A stretch of 64,000 nucleotides of DNA from a virus (Duplodnaviria; Caudoviricetes). Under the pieces are notes generated by a model, which did not search any database, had not been told where the DNA came from, and saw only the letters and a program-made list of their open reading frames with translations. The stretch covers positions 64,001 through 128,000 of IMG/VR virus record IMGVR_UViG_3300013383_000001; one strand, given 5' to 3'. This document shows positions 1-12,880 of this stretch, in pieces; the first letter of the stretch is position 1, and each line of letters starts with the position of its first letter. Made by a program: the position numbers and the translations under genes.

Positions 1-3000
1 TTGCGGAAGATTCTATATAGCCTAGACATTTCTATATAAAGGATTACTATGATAATACAGATAGATCTAATGCAGAATGTCCTATTATAGCAATGCAAGA
101 TTCTTAGAAAGTAGGAGCAGTTGAGGATATTCTTTTTAAAGCAAGAGCAGGAGAAGCAGAAGAAGTATTTAGATATTTATCTGTTTCTACTGAACATTTA
201 AAGAATACTAATAATGAGTATGCTACAGAGAATCTTGATAATGTAAAAGTAAATTCTGATATTATAAGAGGTAATTTTGGTCCATATCTTGGTTTTATAA
301 ATGGAGATTTCAAACCTGCAGAAATAGTTAATATATATTTTCCAGGATATAATGAATCTTTAATTGAAGAGTATGCTTCAATTAGAGCAAATGATAAATC
401 TCCTTTTAAAGCAGTTACTGAAAGAATATCATTTACAGACATGGATGATTATTCTAATCAATTAATATATAGTAATATTGATCAAGGAGAGAAAGAATAT
501 ACTATTCATGTTTATAGAGGAGATTGCTTTATATGTCAAACCACTCATAGATTGAATAGGAACTTCAACGACCCATCAGTACTTTATAATGATTAGATAT
601 TAGAAACTGATACATGGAGAGAACATTATGATCCTAAAGATGTAACTACATATTCTAAAATTAATCTTGGAGATGTAAATGCAATATAGATGGGAATGTG
701 GGTTACTTTTAAAGTAAGATCTTCTTCTAATTTAAATCTTTGTACATTAGATGAATCTAATGTTGATGAGATAGCTATGTCTGGACATCCTAGAGGACAT
801 TATCCACAAACTCCAATGTCAGTAGAAGGAAGTTATAAGATAGCAGATACTACTGTATACAATCAAGGATTTAGAAGTACTGTAGGAGAAAGAAATCATT
901 TTGAAACTCCTGATGTTCCATATCTTAAAAATAGTTTCCAAACTAGAATAATGTATTCAGATATTTATGTAACTGACGCATTTAAAAATGGATATAGATC
1001 ATTCTGGGGAACTAATTATAGAGATTATACTAATCAATATGGTTGTATTATCCAACTTATAAATATACAAGATAACTTACTTTGTGTATTTGAGCACGGA
1101 ATTGCTTTAATACCTGTAAACGAAAGAGCAGTAGCAGCCCAAGGAGCAGGTGGTCAAGCATATATTAATACTTCTAATGTACTTCCTGAAAATCCTAGAA
1201 TTATATCAGATACATACGGATCTCAATGGAAGGAATCTATTATAAAGACTGATAGTTATGTTTATGGTGTAGATACTATTGCAAAAAAGATTTGGAGAAC
1301 TAACGGATCTAACTTTGAAATAATATCTGATTTCAAGGTTCAAGAATTTTTGAATTAGAATATATCTTTAACAGAAAGAGAAGTTACACCAATTATAGGT
1401 ATTAGAAATGTAAAATCACATTGGAATAAGTTTAAGAACGATGTAATGTTTACTTTCTATGATAATAAATATGATTTTGAAGAAGTATCTTGGAATTTAT
1501 GTTTTAATGAAGTATTAGGATGTTTTACAACATTCTATTCTTGGATTCCTTCTTATTCAGAGAATATTTATAATCAATACTTCTCGTTTGATAGAGATAC
1601 ATCTAAGCAAATTGCTAAGTTAGGTATTTCTAATTCTAACAATGATTTTGCAGATGGAATTACATTAAGCAATAATGTATTTAAGAATAATTCTTAGACA
1701 GTTGATGGATTATATAAAGTAGGAATACTTAGTTTAACTAATAGGAATCTTCCAGTAGGAGATGGAATAGAAATAGAAGAAATATTCACTTTAGAAAGAG
1801 ATTATCAATTAAATAATAAGAATTTTGAAATCCGTCAAATAGATGGTGAATGGTGGTTACTTTCTAAAGTTCCTGCATGGGAATTAAGTACTGAATAGTA
1901 TTGTAGAGTTATTGGTAATAGAAAAATATTAGATATAAATGATATAAAGGATTGGAAATCACATGTGAATGCTAGTTCTAAATTCATTTATAAGGATAAT
2001 ACTAATAGACGGAAAGAAATCTCTGGATTAGAAGAAGCTACTTCTCATAATAAAGTAATTACATATTTAAATATATCTTGCTCTATTACTGTAAAGAGAA
2101 CTTCTGAAGATGTTCCTTTTGCTGATGCGTATGCTAATGGATTTAATGAATACTATACTACAAATGCAGGATAGTTTAAGAGTAGAATTGCTATTATTCC
2201 TGAATATAATCTTCAGTTCTTAACTACTGATTTCTGGAAACATGGACAATCAGGAATTATAGATATTAAAGATTAGATATTACCTGCTCACTGGTATGGT
2301 CATCAACATCCTTTTGAGTTTGAGTTTGTAGTAAACAAATACCCTGATTCACATAAGATATTTGATAATCTGCAAATCATAAGTAACTATGCAGAACCTG
2401 AATCATTCCATTACGAGATTATTGGGGATTGCTTTGATTTTGCAAAAGATAAGGAAAATATGTATATTCGCCAAGAAGCAACTAAATAGTTATATTAGTA
2501 CAATGGATCTGATATTGTATATGATCATGACTATAAGAAACTTCATACAGAGAAACATAGATAGTTATTAGATGCTAATTACAATCCTATTATCGGATAG
2601 TACGATAAATCTACTATAATGCCATTGTTCTATTGCAGAGAAGATAGAATAGAGCATATACATGATCTTTACTTTACTTTAGAAAGTATTGATGGATCAC
2701 ATAATTATGATTCTTTATCAGGAGGAGAAATAGCTTATAATCCTACTACTAGAGAATACTCTATTATAAATCACGTTAAAGCAGTTAACATACAAGATCC
2801 TAAACAAGGAAGAATGTATGGTAATATGCATTATAAAGAAGATAAATGGCATATACAAATAAATCCTTTAAAAATAGTTCAAAAGAATGAAGAAGATTGG
2901 GGTAAGAGTGATTTTACCAATGATGCTAATCCTGATTTAATTCCTGTCGAATTATGGAAACTTCCAATACCTAACGAGAGGATTTCTAATGATACTGTTA

Positions 3001-3200
3001 AAGAGTAGATTGATTCTAAATAGATTGAATTACCTTTGGATTGGGATAATAGAAATATTGTTAAATGGGGTGATCTTGAAACCCAATGGACTGAAACCAA
3101 AATGAAAGGTAATTATATGAAAGTAAAAATAAGATATAAAGGAGACAAATTAGCAATAATACAATCCTTACGAACTTTATTTAGTGTAAGTTATGGCTGA
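1..3200 (+). CDS. Tail stabilisation/muzzle-like structural protein, 5'-partial, TAG=Gln
   Basis: ORF-track pieces 690, 1446, 1965 and 2619 share one frame, are separated by TAG and end at TGA 3198-3200. The beta-rich segment ISDTYGSQWKESIIKTDSYVYGVDTIAKKIW resembles phage stabilisation proteins, and the gene lies just upstream of the cargo genes. Confidence 0.7.
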
Positions 3201-4542
3201 TTTAACAACGCAAGTATCATCGTTTACTCCGTCATTTAATAATGTATTAACAGTTCCTGAATTTGACACATCTTCTTATTAGAATACATTACTTAATCTT
3301 GCATTAAAGGACACAAAGAACGAGTTTGGGTTTTTTGATTCTTTAATGAGTTTGCACAATCAAAGTTTTTAGAAACACATGCCGGGAATTACAAAACAAC
3401 AGGCAAAAATTAATCCAAAACCAACTCCTACAAAATTAGATCCAAAAATTACTTCTGCTATTGCTTCTGGAATGAACACAATAGGAAGTGAATTAAGTTC
3501 AATGTCTGGTGCATATAATGGTACTTACGGAGGACTCGCTCAAGGTGTTAATTCAGGGCTTACGACTGCAAGTTAGATGGTAGGACAATTTGTTCCTGCT
3601 GCTGGTTTAGCAGTTGGTGTCGGTAATATGTTTAATGGGTTAAGTAATTCAATATTTGGATCATTAGACAATGTAAATAAGACAGATGCAATTATGTCAT
3701 CAATCCCTGGATTAGGAGGAATTTATTCAATGTTTGGTAAAACTTCTGATACGTTTTCAATGGATAACTCTACAAGAAGTGCTATAGGTTCTAGTTATGG
3801 TGATACATATAGTACCTTAGATGATGCTTCTAAATTATCTGGTAAGAAGATGGTGTCAGGTCTTGGATCTGCTAATCGTAAAATTGCCACTGCTAATGAG
3901 ATGCAGAGTAATTTATAGAATATAAATGCAGAGAATAATCAACGATTAGATCTCTTAGAAGCAGGTAGTAAGTATAAGAGATTAAATCGTGATTTCAATA
4001 TGACTGGCGGATACGATTAGAGATACTCTGCTACTTTTAAAGATGGTGGAAAACTTGAAACTCAAGAAGATAATATTGAAAAGTTGTATTCTGATTTTAT
4101 AAAGGAATTATCTATACCTAAGAAACAAAAAGGAGGCACAATCGTAAAAGAAGTAGTTGTACCTGCTATAGTTAAATAGGTGATGATTCCTGCAATTGAT
4201 GATATTATCGAATATAAAGCAGGTGGTTAGTTTAATGTAATACCTGAAGGTGCTTTACATGCTCGTAAACACAATATGAATATAGATAATATTACTAAAA
4301 AAGGAATACCAGTCGTATCCGAATCAGAGGGTGGCGAATTAACTCAACAAGCAGAAATTGAGCGTAATGAAGTAATACTGCGATTAGAAGTTACTGAAAA
4401 AATCGAGGAACTTTATAAAGAATATTCTAATGAAGAAACTAAGAAATCAAGAAAGGATGAATTAGCATTAGAAGCAGGAAAACTTCTTACAAATGAGATA
4501 TTATATAATACTTAGGATAATACAGGAATATTAAATGAATAA
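3193..4542 (+). CDS. Virion cargo-like protein (~449 aa), TAG=Gln
   Basis: ATG 3193 overlaps the previous stop. Joins track ORFs 3379, 3577 and 4276 and ends at TAA. Has a Gly/Ala/Ser-rich hydrophobic segment and FKDGG, KQKGG and YKAGG motifs. Confidence 0.7.
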
Positions 4543-7135
4543 GGTATATTTAATTCCGAAATATTAGGTCGGTGCTAAAACAGCATATAATGCGGCACGA
4601 GGGCGACGCAGACGACAACAAAACGATGTAGCACAAGGCCCTAGAACTCTTACAATGTCTCCCGAAGAAAGAAGAAAATTTGAGTAGGCTAAAAGGGATG
4701 AGCTAAAAAGAACACATAAAAAACAATACGAAAAAGAATATCAGAAAGCGTTACAACAAAAAATAGAAAAAGAAAGGCAAGAAAAAGAAAGAGAAACTAG
4801 ACATAGATTAGAAATTGGTTCTAATTTAATCAAAAATCTCAAACAATAGTTAGATGATTTAGGAGTTCCTTATAATCCAAATGCAAGTCTTGGGGAATTA
4901 TATGCTGCTGTACTTGATAATCAAGAAGCATTAACTAACTATTTACATGATGGTGTATATAATCCTGTGTTTAAAAGATTTGATGTTACTGTTAAACTTC
5001 CAGAAGAATACAAAAAGTTTTTAGATGCAGCAAGGGAAGAAAATTACTACCCTGGGTTTATGTAGGATTTAGAAAAATATGCCAACTATTATAGAAATTA
5101 GGATGTAGCAGGAGTATTACAAAATTACTCCGATTAGGATGTTGCCTTAAATGGACCTTACTTATTAGATGCAGCATACGCCCAAATGGGTGAATCCGCT
5201 GGAGATTGGGAACATCAAGCACACAATCCTGAAGGAATTTATTACGGAGACCCTGATAATTACCAAAAAGCAATGAAGAGTTAGTATGGCAAACAAATGG
5301 CTAATAGATCTTCTTTAGGAAATATTGGTAATTTATTCTCTCCAGGACAATGGGTTGGATGGGGTAGAGATATGGCTAAAGCTGGTGATTTTAATCCACT
5401 TATGTATCTAATACCAGGATATGGATTATATGAATTTGCTACAGATAGTAATGTTAGGCAAGCACTTTGGGATTCAATGCTATACGGTAATTCTGGATGG
5501 GCAACTGAGGATTTCGCCTTTCGACATCCACAAGCTGCAACTTTATTGAATATAGGATTAGATTTAGCAGTTCCTTGGGCTATTGGAAAAGGAGCGGGTT
5601 TAATAGCAAGAGGTATTCCTCGTTTAACGCCTAGAATTTAGGGGGTTGGAAGAAATATGTATAATTTTCTTAGGAGTGATCCGAGGACTGATCTTATGGT
5701 TAAAACTGAGATAAATCCTAACGCACTGACAGTTGATGAAATGGGTAAGATTATGGGCGGCGGTGATTATCTTTTTTCTAAAAGCACTGATGGACTCACT
5801 ATTAATGCTAACGATAAGATTGTTAGAACAGGAACAAACCAGAGACCGACAAATAAACAAATGACAAGAGCCGTTGAGACAGTGATCGATGATTATGCAA
5901 GTATACAAGAAAGATTACCTCAAGATCTACAAACGGAATATAATAATATTTTAAACGGACATTCCGAAATGTAGTAGGTTAAAGCTGCTAAATAGTTTAA
6001 TGAAAAAGCATCTGCATATATAATGGAGCATGCTCAAGATTTTGATGACGTATTATCAACAAAACCATCTCTCGCACCTCGTCAAACTGCAGAACCTACT
6101 GTAACTCCTAATAATCCAGTTACTCCAGAATCTACTACTTCGGAACTTCCTGCAAAAGCAGCAAGACCTACTGAGGAAGCACCTGCTCGACCTGCAGAAG
6201 AAACAAATGCTTCATACGAAACTGTAGAAGCAGAGAAGCCACAATCTAGCACTATAGAATATGGTGATAATTATAGAACTACTATAGACGATGATCTCTC
6301 AACAGAACCCTCATCATAGACAGGTGTTCCTGAGAATAATCCAAAACCTGCAGAGTCAGGAACTACTCAACAACCTTCATAGGCAGCTTCTTCAACTTCT
6401 GAATCTAGTCAAGCAGCTCCTACAGAAAGTACTCCTGCTAGAAGTGAGAGTGCTGCAAATGGAGAGAGTGCATCTACAAGTGGTAATACAGGTGAAACAT
6501 CTCTTGATAATCCTGGACAGAAATACGGATTAACAAAAGAACAATATGAGGATTATGTAAAATTGAGTGAAAAAGGTGGATTCCGACAAAGAAAACTAAA
6601 CCGAGCTGAAAAACTTAGATATGAGGATTATGAAGCAAAAGTAAAGGCTGTATCACAAAATGAAAAACCTAAACTCGCTAGTAAAATAAAAGGTATAACT
6701 CCTTCAAGAATTTTGAAAGGATATGGGAAAGCTGCTGCTATTGCTACAACAGTTGCAGCACCTATTGGGGCAGGTACTGCTGTAATTCTTGCAGGTAAAG
6801 ATGTTGCTACAGGTGTTTCTCCAGGAGACAGGTATAAAAGAGCAGCAAAAAAGGCTCAAATGGAAAATGAAATGGAAAACTCCAAAGTTAATATGGAAAT
6901 ATTAAATAAAACTAAAGAGTTAAACAAATAGGCAGAGGATATGCAAAAACAAATGGAGGCAATGCAGCCTAAAGACGAGATTATTGGTTATGAATATGAT
7001 GCAAACGGAAATATAATAGGACAACAAGTAAAAACGGCAAACGGAAATATAAAAGTTATACCTATTGCACCGATAGATACTACCAAAGTTAATCAAGAAT
7101 CAAAAGCCTATGAAGGTGAGTTTAGGCAAGAATGA
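4535..7135 (+). CDS. Hypothetical structural/cargo protein (~866 aa) with Pro/Glu/Ser/Thr-rich linker, TAG=Gln
   Basis: 4535-5297 was read manually with no TAA/TGA. Same frame as track ORFs 5297, 5657, 6023, 6563 and 6941; ends at TGA. Confidence 0.75.
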
Positions 7136-7661
7136 CTATAATGTCAAAGAAGTAACTTCTGAAGAGGATAAGAAAAAAGGATTACAAGGAGTTAAAGAAT
7201 TACCTAAAGATGAAGGTATGCTTTTTGTGTATGATCCTCCTCAAGAGGTCACAATGTGGATGAAAGATACACTTATTCCATTAGACATTATATTTATAAA
7301 TGATGATTAGGAAGTAATTAAAGTAGCTAAAGGAGAACCTAACGACACTTCTAAAATAACTGTTGATAATGTTAATTATGTGCTTGAATTAAATATAGAT
7401 TCAGGGGTTAAAAAAGGTGATGTTTTGGAATTTGAGGACGATGCTCCTATAATGAAGGTTCTTGCTCAAGATGGTTCAACACAAATGGATTTATGGGGTG
7501 GAGAACGTATTATATCCAGAGCAGAAACAAAAGTAATTATTCGTAAAGCTAAAAAGGCAGATGCTTCTAAATCAGATAATGATTATAAAACTTTAGGAAG
7601 GTATATTTTTAAAGTAATAAAAGGACAAGACAGTAGAGATGCGGAATATGTATCTAAATAA
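7110..7661 (+). CDS. DUF192-family protein, one internal TAG
   Basis: GMLFVY...MWMKDTLIPLDIIFI...YVLEL signature. Track ORFs 7110 and 7380 are in frame across TAG 7308-7310, which falls mid-domain. Confidence 0.85.
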
Positions 7662-7684
7662 TATAATATAAAACAATTTTAATT

Positions 7685-8002
7685 ATGAAATTTACACCTA
7701 TTAGAAAATTTCAGGATGGTGGTGCAATGGGAGCACCAATGGAGGAGCAAGCTCCTCAGGAGATGCCCGCAGAAGGAGCAGCTCCTCAAGAAGCACCTCA
7801 AGGTGGCGGTGACCCTTTAATGTAGGTTGCACAGCTTGCAATGCAAGCACTTCAGAGTCAGGATTGTCAAGCCGCTATGCAGGTTTGTCAGATCTTCTTA
7901 CAGTTGATTGAGCAAGCCCAAGGTGGCGGTGGCGCAGCTCCTGCTCCTCAAGGTGAGCCTGTATACCGCAGAGGTGGTATTTTAGTTCGTAGAAAGTGGT
8001 AA
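7685..8002 (+). CDS. Small Gln/Ala/Pro/Gly-rich protein (105 aa), missed by ORF track
   Basis: MKFTPIRKFQDGG...VYRRGGILVRRKW-TAA, one internal TAG, followed by a terminator. Confidence 0.75.
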
Positions 8003-8019
8003 TAGATGTCTAATCTTAG

Positions 8020-8055
8020 ATGGGAGTATGTTGTAAAAAATATACTCCCATTTTT
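8020..8055 (+). terminator. Intrinsic terminator
   Basis: ATGGGAGTAT/ATACTCCCAT stem followed by a T-run, 17 nt after a stop codon. Confidence 0.75.
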
Positions 8056-8069
8056 AATATGAATATGTC

Positions 8070-10961
8070 ATGGCTAAAAAACAAACATATAAAAGAATTG
8101 GAGATGAGGTACTGTTAAGTGATTTTATAAATCTAGCAGATTCTAATTTCCAAGGTTGGCTTGATACAAGAGCTTTAAATAAAAAATAGAAAGAAGCTGT
8201 AACACAGCAATATTCTCGGATAATGAAAGAAATAGCTAAAGATCCTTCTTCCTTTGTCATGGAAGCAGGTAATAGCTTCAATAATAATTTCGGAGTTACA
8301 AACGCTACAGAAGGATTTGATGCAGCAGGGGCTGCCGTTGGATACATAGGTGAGATGCTTCGTAAAGTGAAAGCATATACTCCTGAAAACCTTTATAAAA
8401 AAGGAGATAATATGTTTACACAAGCAATGCAATCTAGGTTAATTGGCAATGATCCTAATGCGTTTTTAGCATTAGATGCCGCAGACGAAAACGGACATCG
8501 ATCTACTAAGAATAGAGATACTAAACTTATAACAGGGTTGACTGACATTTATAATAATATTGATTAGTATAGAGATTTTGATGATGAAGAAACTAAATAG
8601 GATTTCTTAAATAAGTTGCAGCAAACTATCAAAGAGTTACAGGATGGTGACCCATCTAATGACTGGTTCGCATTAGAAAGATTAGGTCTTCAAGGGATTA
8701 AGAAATTCTATTCAACATAGGATGAAATAGAAGAACCTGAGCCAGTAACTGTTCCAACAGAATCAAGTGAAGGTAGTGATGATTCTACAAGTGATAGTAT
8801 ATCTAATGATCTTGGTACTTTATTTAGCCAATTTGTAAATACTAGATACCCTGTTGGTAGAACTGCTCCTGATTATAATCTCGGAAAAAATAATTATAAT
8901 ACACAATTTAAAATAGATGATTTAGATATGCGTTTAGGAGCAGTTTCTAATGATATATTAACAAAGTTCTTTAAAGATTATATTGTTCATAGAGACAATT
9001 TTAATGTCAAAACATCTCTTGGAATTAGATCTATATATAGAAACGCAGCATCAGTATAGGACTATCCAACAGAATTATATTTAAATCGTCTTCTTAATGC
9101 GATGTATCGTAAGAATATGTTAATTAAATTAGGAGAGAATAGATACTTAGTTCCTGGAACATGGAGAAAGGATAATACAGTATACGTCTGGGACACTAAC
9201 GGAGGAGGATTAGGCACTTTGCAAAATGTATCTATACATAAGATTCCTTAGTACAGAAAGATAGTAGAGGATGAGTTCTTTAAAGAGCATCCTGAATTAG
9301 CATCAAAAAGAACAGATTCAAGTGTTGCTGAAGATTATCCTGATATGTTTGTAACTTCATAGAAAAAAGGTGGTGTGTTGAAAGGTAAAACTGGATTGGA
9401 TACTGAATTAATTAAAGCAGTAGATCCTATAATAGACAGAACTACTTCTACACTTAAAATGCCTAATGGAGTAGACTCTTTAGCACCTCGTAGGTTTGCG
9501 GAATTGAATTATGGATTAGATACAGGTAATTCTGATCCAAATGTAGGTAAGGTTGATTATTCTTATAATACATTTATTCTTCCTGGGTGGAGTTCTAAAA
9601 ATAGACATGATAATAGAACATCTTCTATTGGGAAAGATCCCAGCAGACCAAATATAATTGGATCATGGAGTTCACAAAATAATTATGCTAAATCTGGAAA
9701 TATTAAAAAGGATGTACTTGCATATCAATCTGCAAATCCTAATTTAACTGCACAACAGTTTATTGATCTTTATAATTCTAATGTTGATACACTTCGTGCT
9801 ACATCTAATACATTTAAAGATAAAGGATATAATGCTACTGGATTTAAATCACATTATAACTTATTTAATTAGATGTATGGATCTCGTGCTTCTGAATATA
9901 ATTAGAATGTTGGAGCGATGGGATCTCAAGATAATATATCTGATATATTAGGATCTACAATGTGGTTAAGAACTCCTCTTGCTTTTAATTCTGATAGTGA
10001 TTATTAGGATTAGAGAGTATTTCAGTTAAATGATGGCACTAAAGTAAGAGTTAATAATGATGGTAAACTTGAAATATACGATCCTGTATCCGATTCTATA
10101 GATAATGAAGGTAAGAAAATAAAGGAGCAAGCAGAACAAAGGAAGAATGTTTATGGTAAGGATACTAAGGAACAAGAAGAACCTACTTGGCAAGATAAAG
10201 TTCGTAATTTAATTCCTCAATTATTACGTTCTAATCGATTAGCAGATGCTTTAAGAACTAATAATCGAATTAGAGATATAGTAATGCCTTCATTACAACC
10301 TGCACTATTAGAACCTTACGATTTACATTCACCAGTGACTGGCGATTATTATTCACTTAAGACGGCTAATAATATGGCAGCAGACATCCGCAGAGAAGGA
10401 TAGAGGACAGTTTCATCTGATGCTTCATTAAATACCGCTAGAGCATTGCAAGGCGAATCACAGGCTTCTGATCAAGAAATAAAAGGACAACAGGTCGATA
10501 ATGCAGCTATAGATAAGTCACTTACTGAATCTCAAGCTCGTGAAGAAAAGAGTAGAGAAATTCGCAATAAGGTTGCTAATACCAATACTGCAAGTGTTAT
10601 TCAAACTAATCAACAACGTGCTTAGCTTGATGCTAACTTAGAGAAGCAGAATTGGGAAGCACGAGATAAATTCTTCCAAGAGCTTGAAAATAATATCAAT
10701 AAGAGTAATCTCGATAGAAGAGATATTAATCTTCAATCAGCTTAGCAGTTAGCTTTATCTGATTATGAAGAGGAAACTTATAGACTTAATGCAGGATATT
10801 ATGCTTGGAAAGCACAGCCTGGTAATGAAACTAAAACACCTCAAGATTATGATGCTTACACAGGTGGTCAATATATGACTGATTTACGAGATGCTTAGAA
10901 GAAATATAAACAAGCTGTTTTACAAGCATACGTAGACCAAGTAAATAGTACTTTAATATGA
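8070..10961 (+). CDS. Large hypothetical virion protein (~963 aa) with coiled-coil C-terminus, TAG=Gln
   Basis: Frame shared by track ORFs 8223 and 9375; ends in an ATGA overlap at 10958-10961. Confidence 0.7.
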
Positions 10962-12880
10962 ATGTAATACCTAAATTTCAATAGGGAGGAGGGTTTTCCT
11001 CCCTATTTGTAACATATAATCCAGTTCCTCAACCATAGGCTCAAGCAGAAGCTCAACCTACGGCAGCATCTTCAGCAGAAACAAAGAAAAGTGAAGATGA
11101 TGGAATTACTAAAAAAGATATTGCACAAATGCTTGATAATATAGATGGATTACCTAGTGACATGTAGGCAGTACAAGCATCTCTTATTAGTTTGCTTACT
11201 TCACCAAGTATAGGTAGTTCTTCTGATATGTCTGTTGCTTATATGAACGCAATGACACAATTAAAAATTGCTAAGTTTAATAAGCAAGAATATGATAAAG
11301 CATATACTGCAGTATAGTAGAATGGAGGACTAGATGAACAAGCAATTACTGCATCTGGTACCTTAGTTGTTTTTAATAAAGATACTAATGGAATCGATGA
11401 AGTAACTGTTAATGAGTTTTTGAAAGATAAAGGAAAAACATATGGCACACTTACTAATTCCAACCTATTACAAATGAGAGCATGGCGTCCTGAGTATGTA
11501 AATAAAAATAACATATTAGGAGTTGTATCTAATGGTATTGGAATGAAAGAAATACACGAACTTGCATCTAAGATGATTGGTACATTGGGTACATCAGAGC
11601 AAGCAAGAGAGCAACTCAATATTAAAAAGGGTAGTGTTATTGCTCAAGGTTTACAAGTACTTAATGATGCTCAAGCACAAGCAATGATGACCGAGTATGG
11701 AATGTCGTTAGACGGTCTTTATAAAGCAAAGGTAATTACTAAAACACAGAAAGATCAAGCAGAAGCTGCTCTTAACTATGTTTATAGCATGCTTCCCACT
11801 AATGCAAGAACAATGCTTAAGTTAAGATCAGGAGATACTAAAAATCCTGATGCTGGTGCAAGAAAAATACTTGGTGCACTTGTTATGTCTAAAATGGATT
11901 CTACTTATGATCAATCTATAGACTATCTTGGAGGATTTGAGAAAGTAATGGGTAAAAGCAGTGGATCAAAGAAAGGTTCAGGATCTGGAGAAGACGGAGA
12001 TTATGATGATGGAATAGACGGAAAAGCAGGTCCATATACTGCTATTGCTCGTATGATTGGAGCAACAGATACTTCATTCACTTTAAATCCTGGTACAAGT
12101 TATCAGTTTACTGTGGATGGTAAAAGTTATGCATCTCTTCCTGATTATCAAGGCAAACCTGTCGGTAAGACCAGTCTTGAAAACTTACTTATAAGTGGAT
12201 TACAAGGTATTGTCACTAATAAAAATTCTATTACATTTGGTGATGTTACATTGGATGCTCAAGACTTTGATAACATTATGTACGATGGTCGTGGGGGTAC
12301 TCTTATTGTTGCTCCTACTAAGACTGATGCAAATGGTAGAAAGACAATTGACTTGGATGTATTAAAACGTTGGAAAGAAGCTAATGACGATCTTAAAAGT
12401 AAAGGTATTGATATTAATGACTCTTCTAAGATCAATGAAATATATAATGTCCTTCGATCACATAAACTTGAAGGTCTTGTAAATATAGGTGATAAGAAAA
12501 TTGACTATTCTAAGTTTGGTATGTTTATGGCAATTAATGCAGTTGCAGTTGCTAAAACAGATAGAGCTTAGGATAAATTTGAGAACAGTAAATTTGTTGT
12601 TGAATAGGATGATGACGATGATATTGTAGAAATGCTCAATAAAGCATTATCAACTAATGAGAAGCAAGATAATTATGAAGTAAAGACTGGCTGGTGGGGA
12701 GATGATTTATATTCTGGTGTAGTATATATACCAATTAGTAGTAATCCTTATCAATCAATGGTGGCAGAAGGACAAACGCCTAAGGAAAGTGTAGCACAAG
12801 CAAGAGAACATAATTGGCAAAGATCTAATAAGATGCTTTCGGCTCAAAAGCCTGATTCTAGTTTAATGAATAATAAATGA
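10958..12880 (+). CDS. Hypothetical virion protein (~640 aa), TAG=Gln
   Basis: Starts MNVIPKFQQGG, joins track ORFs 11420 and 12632, and has ATGA overlaps at both ends. Confidence 0.75.
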
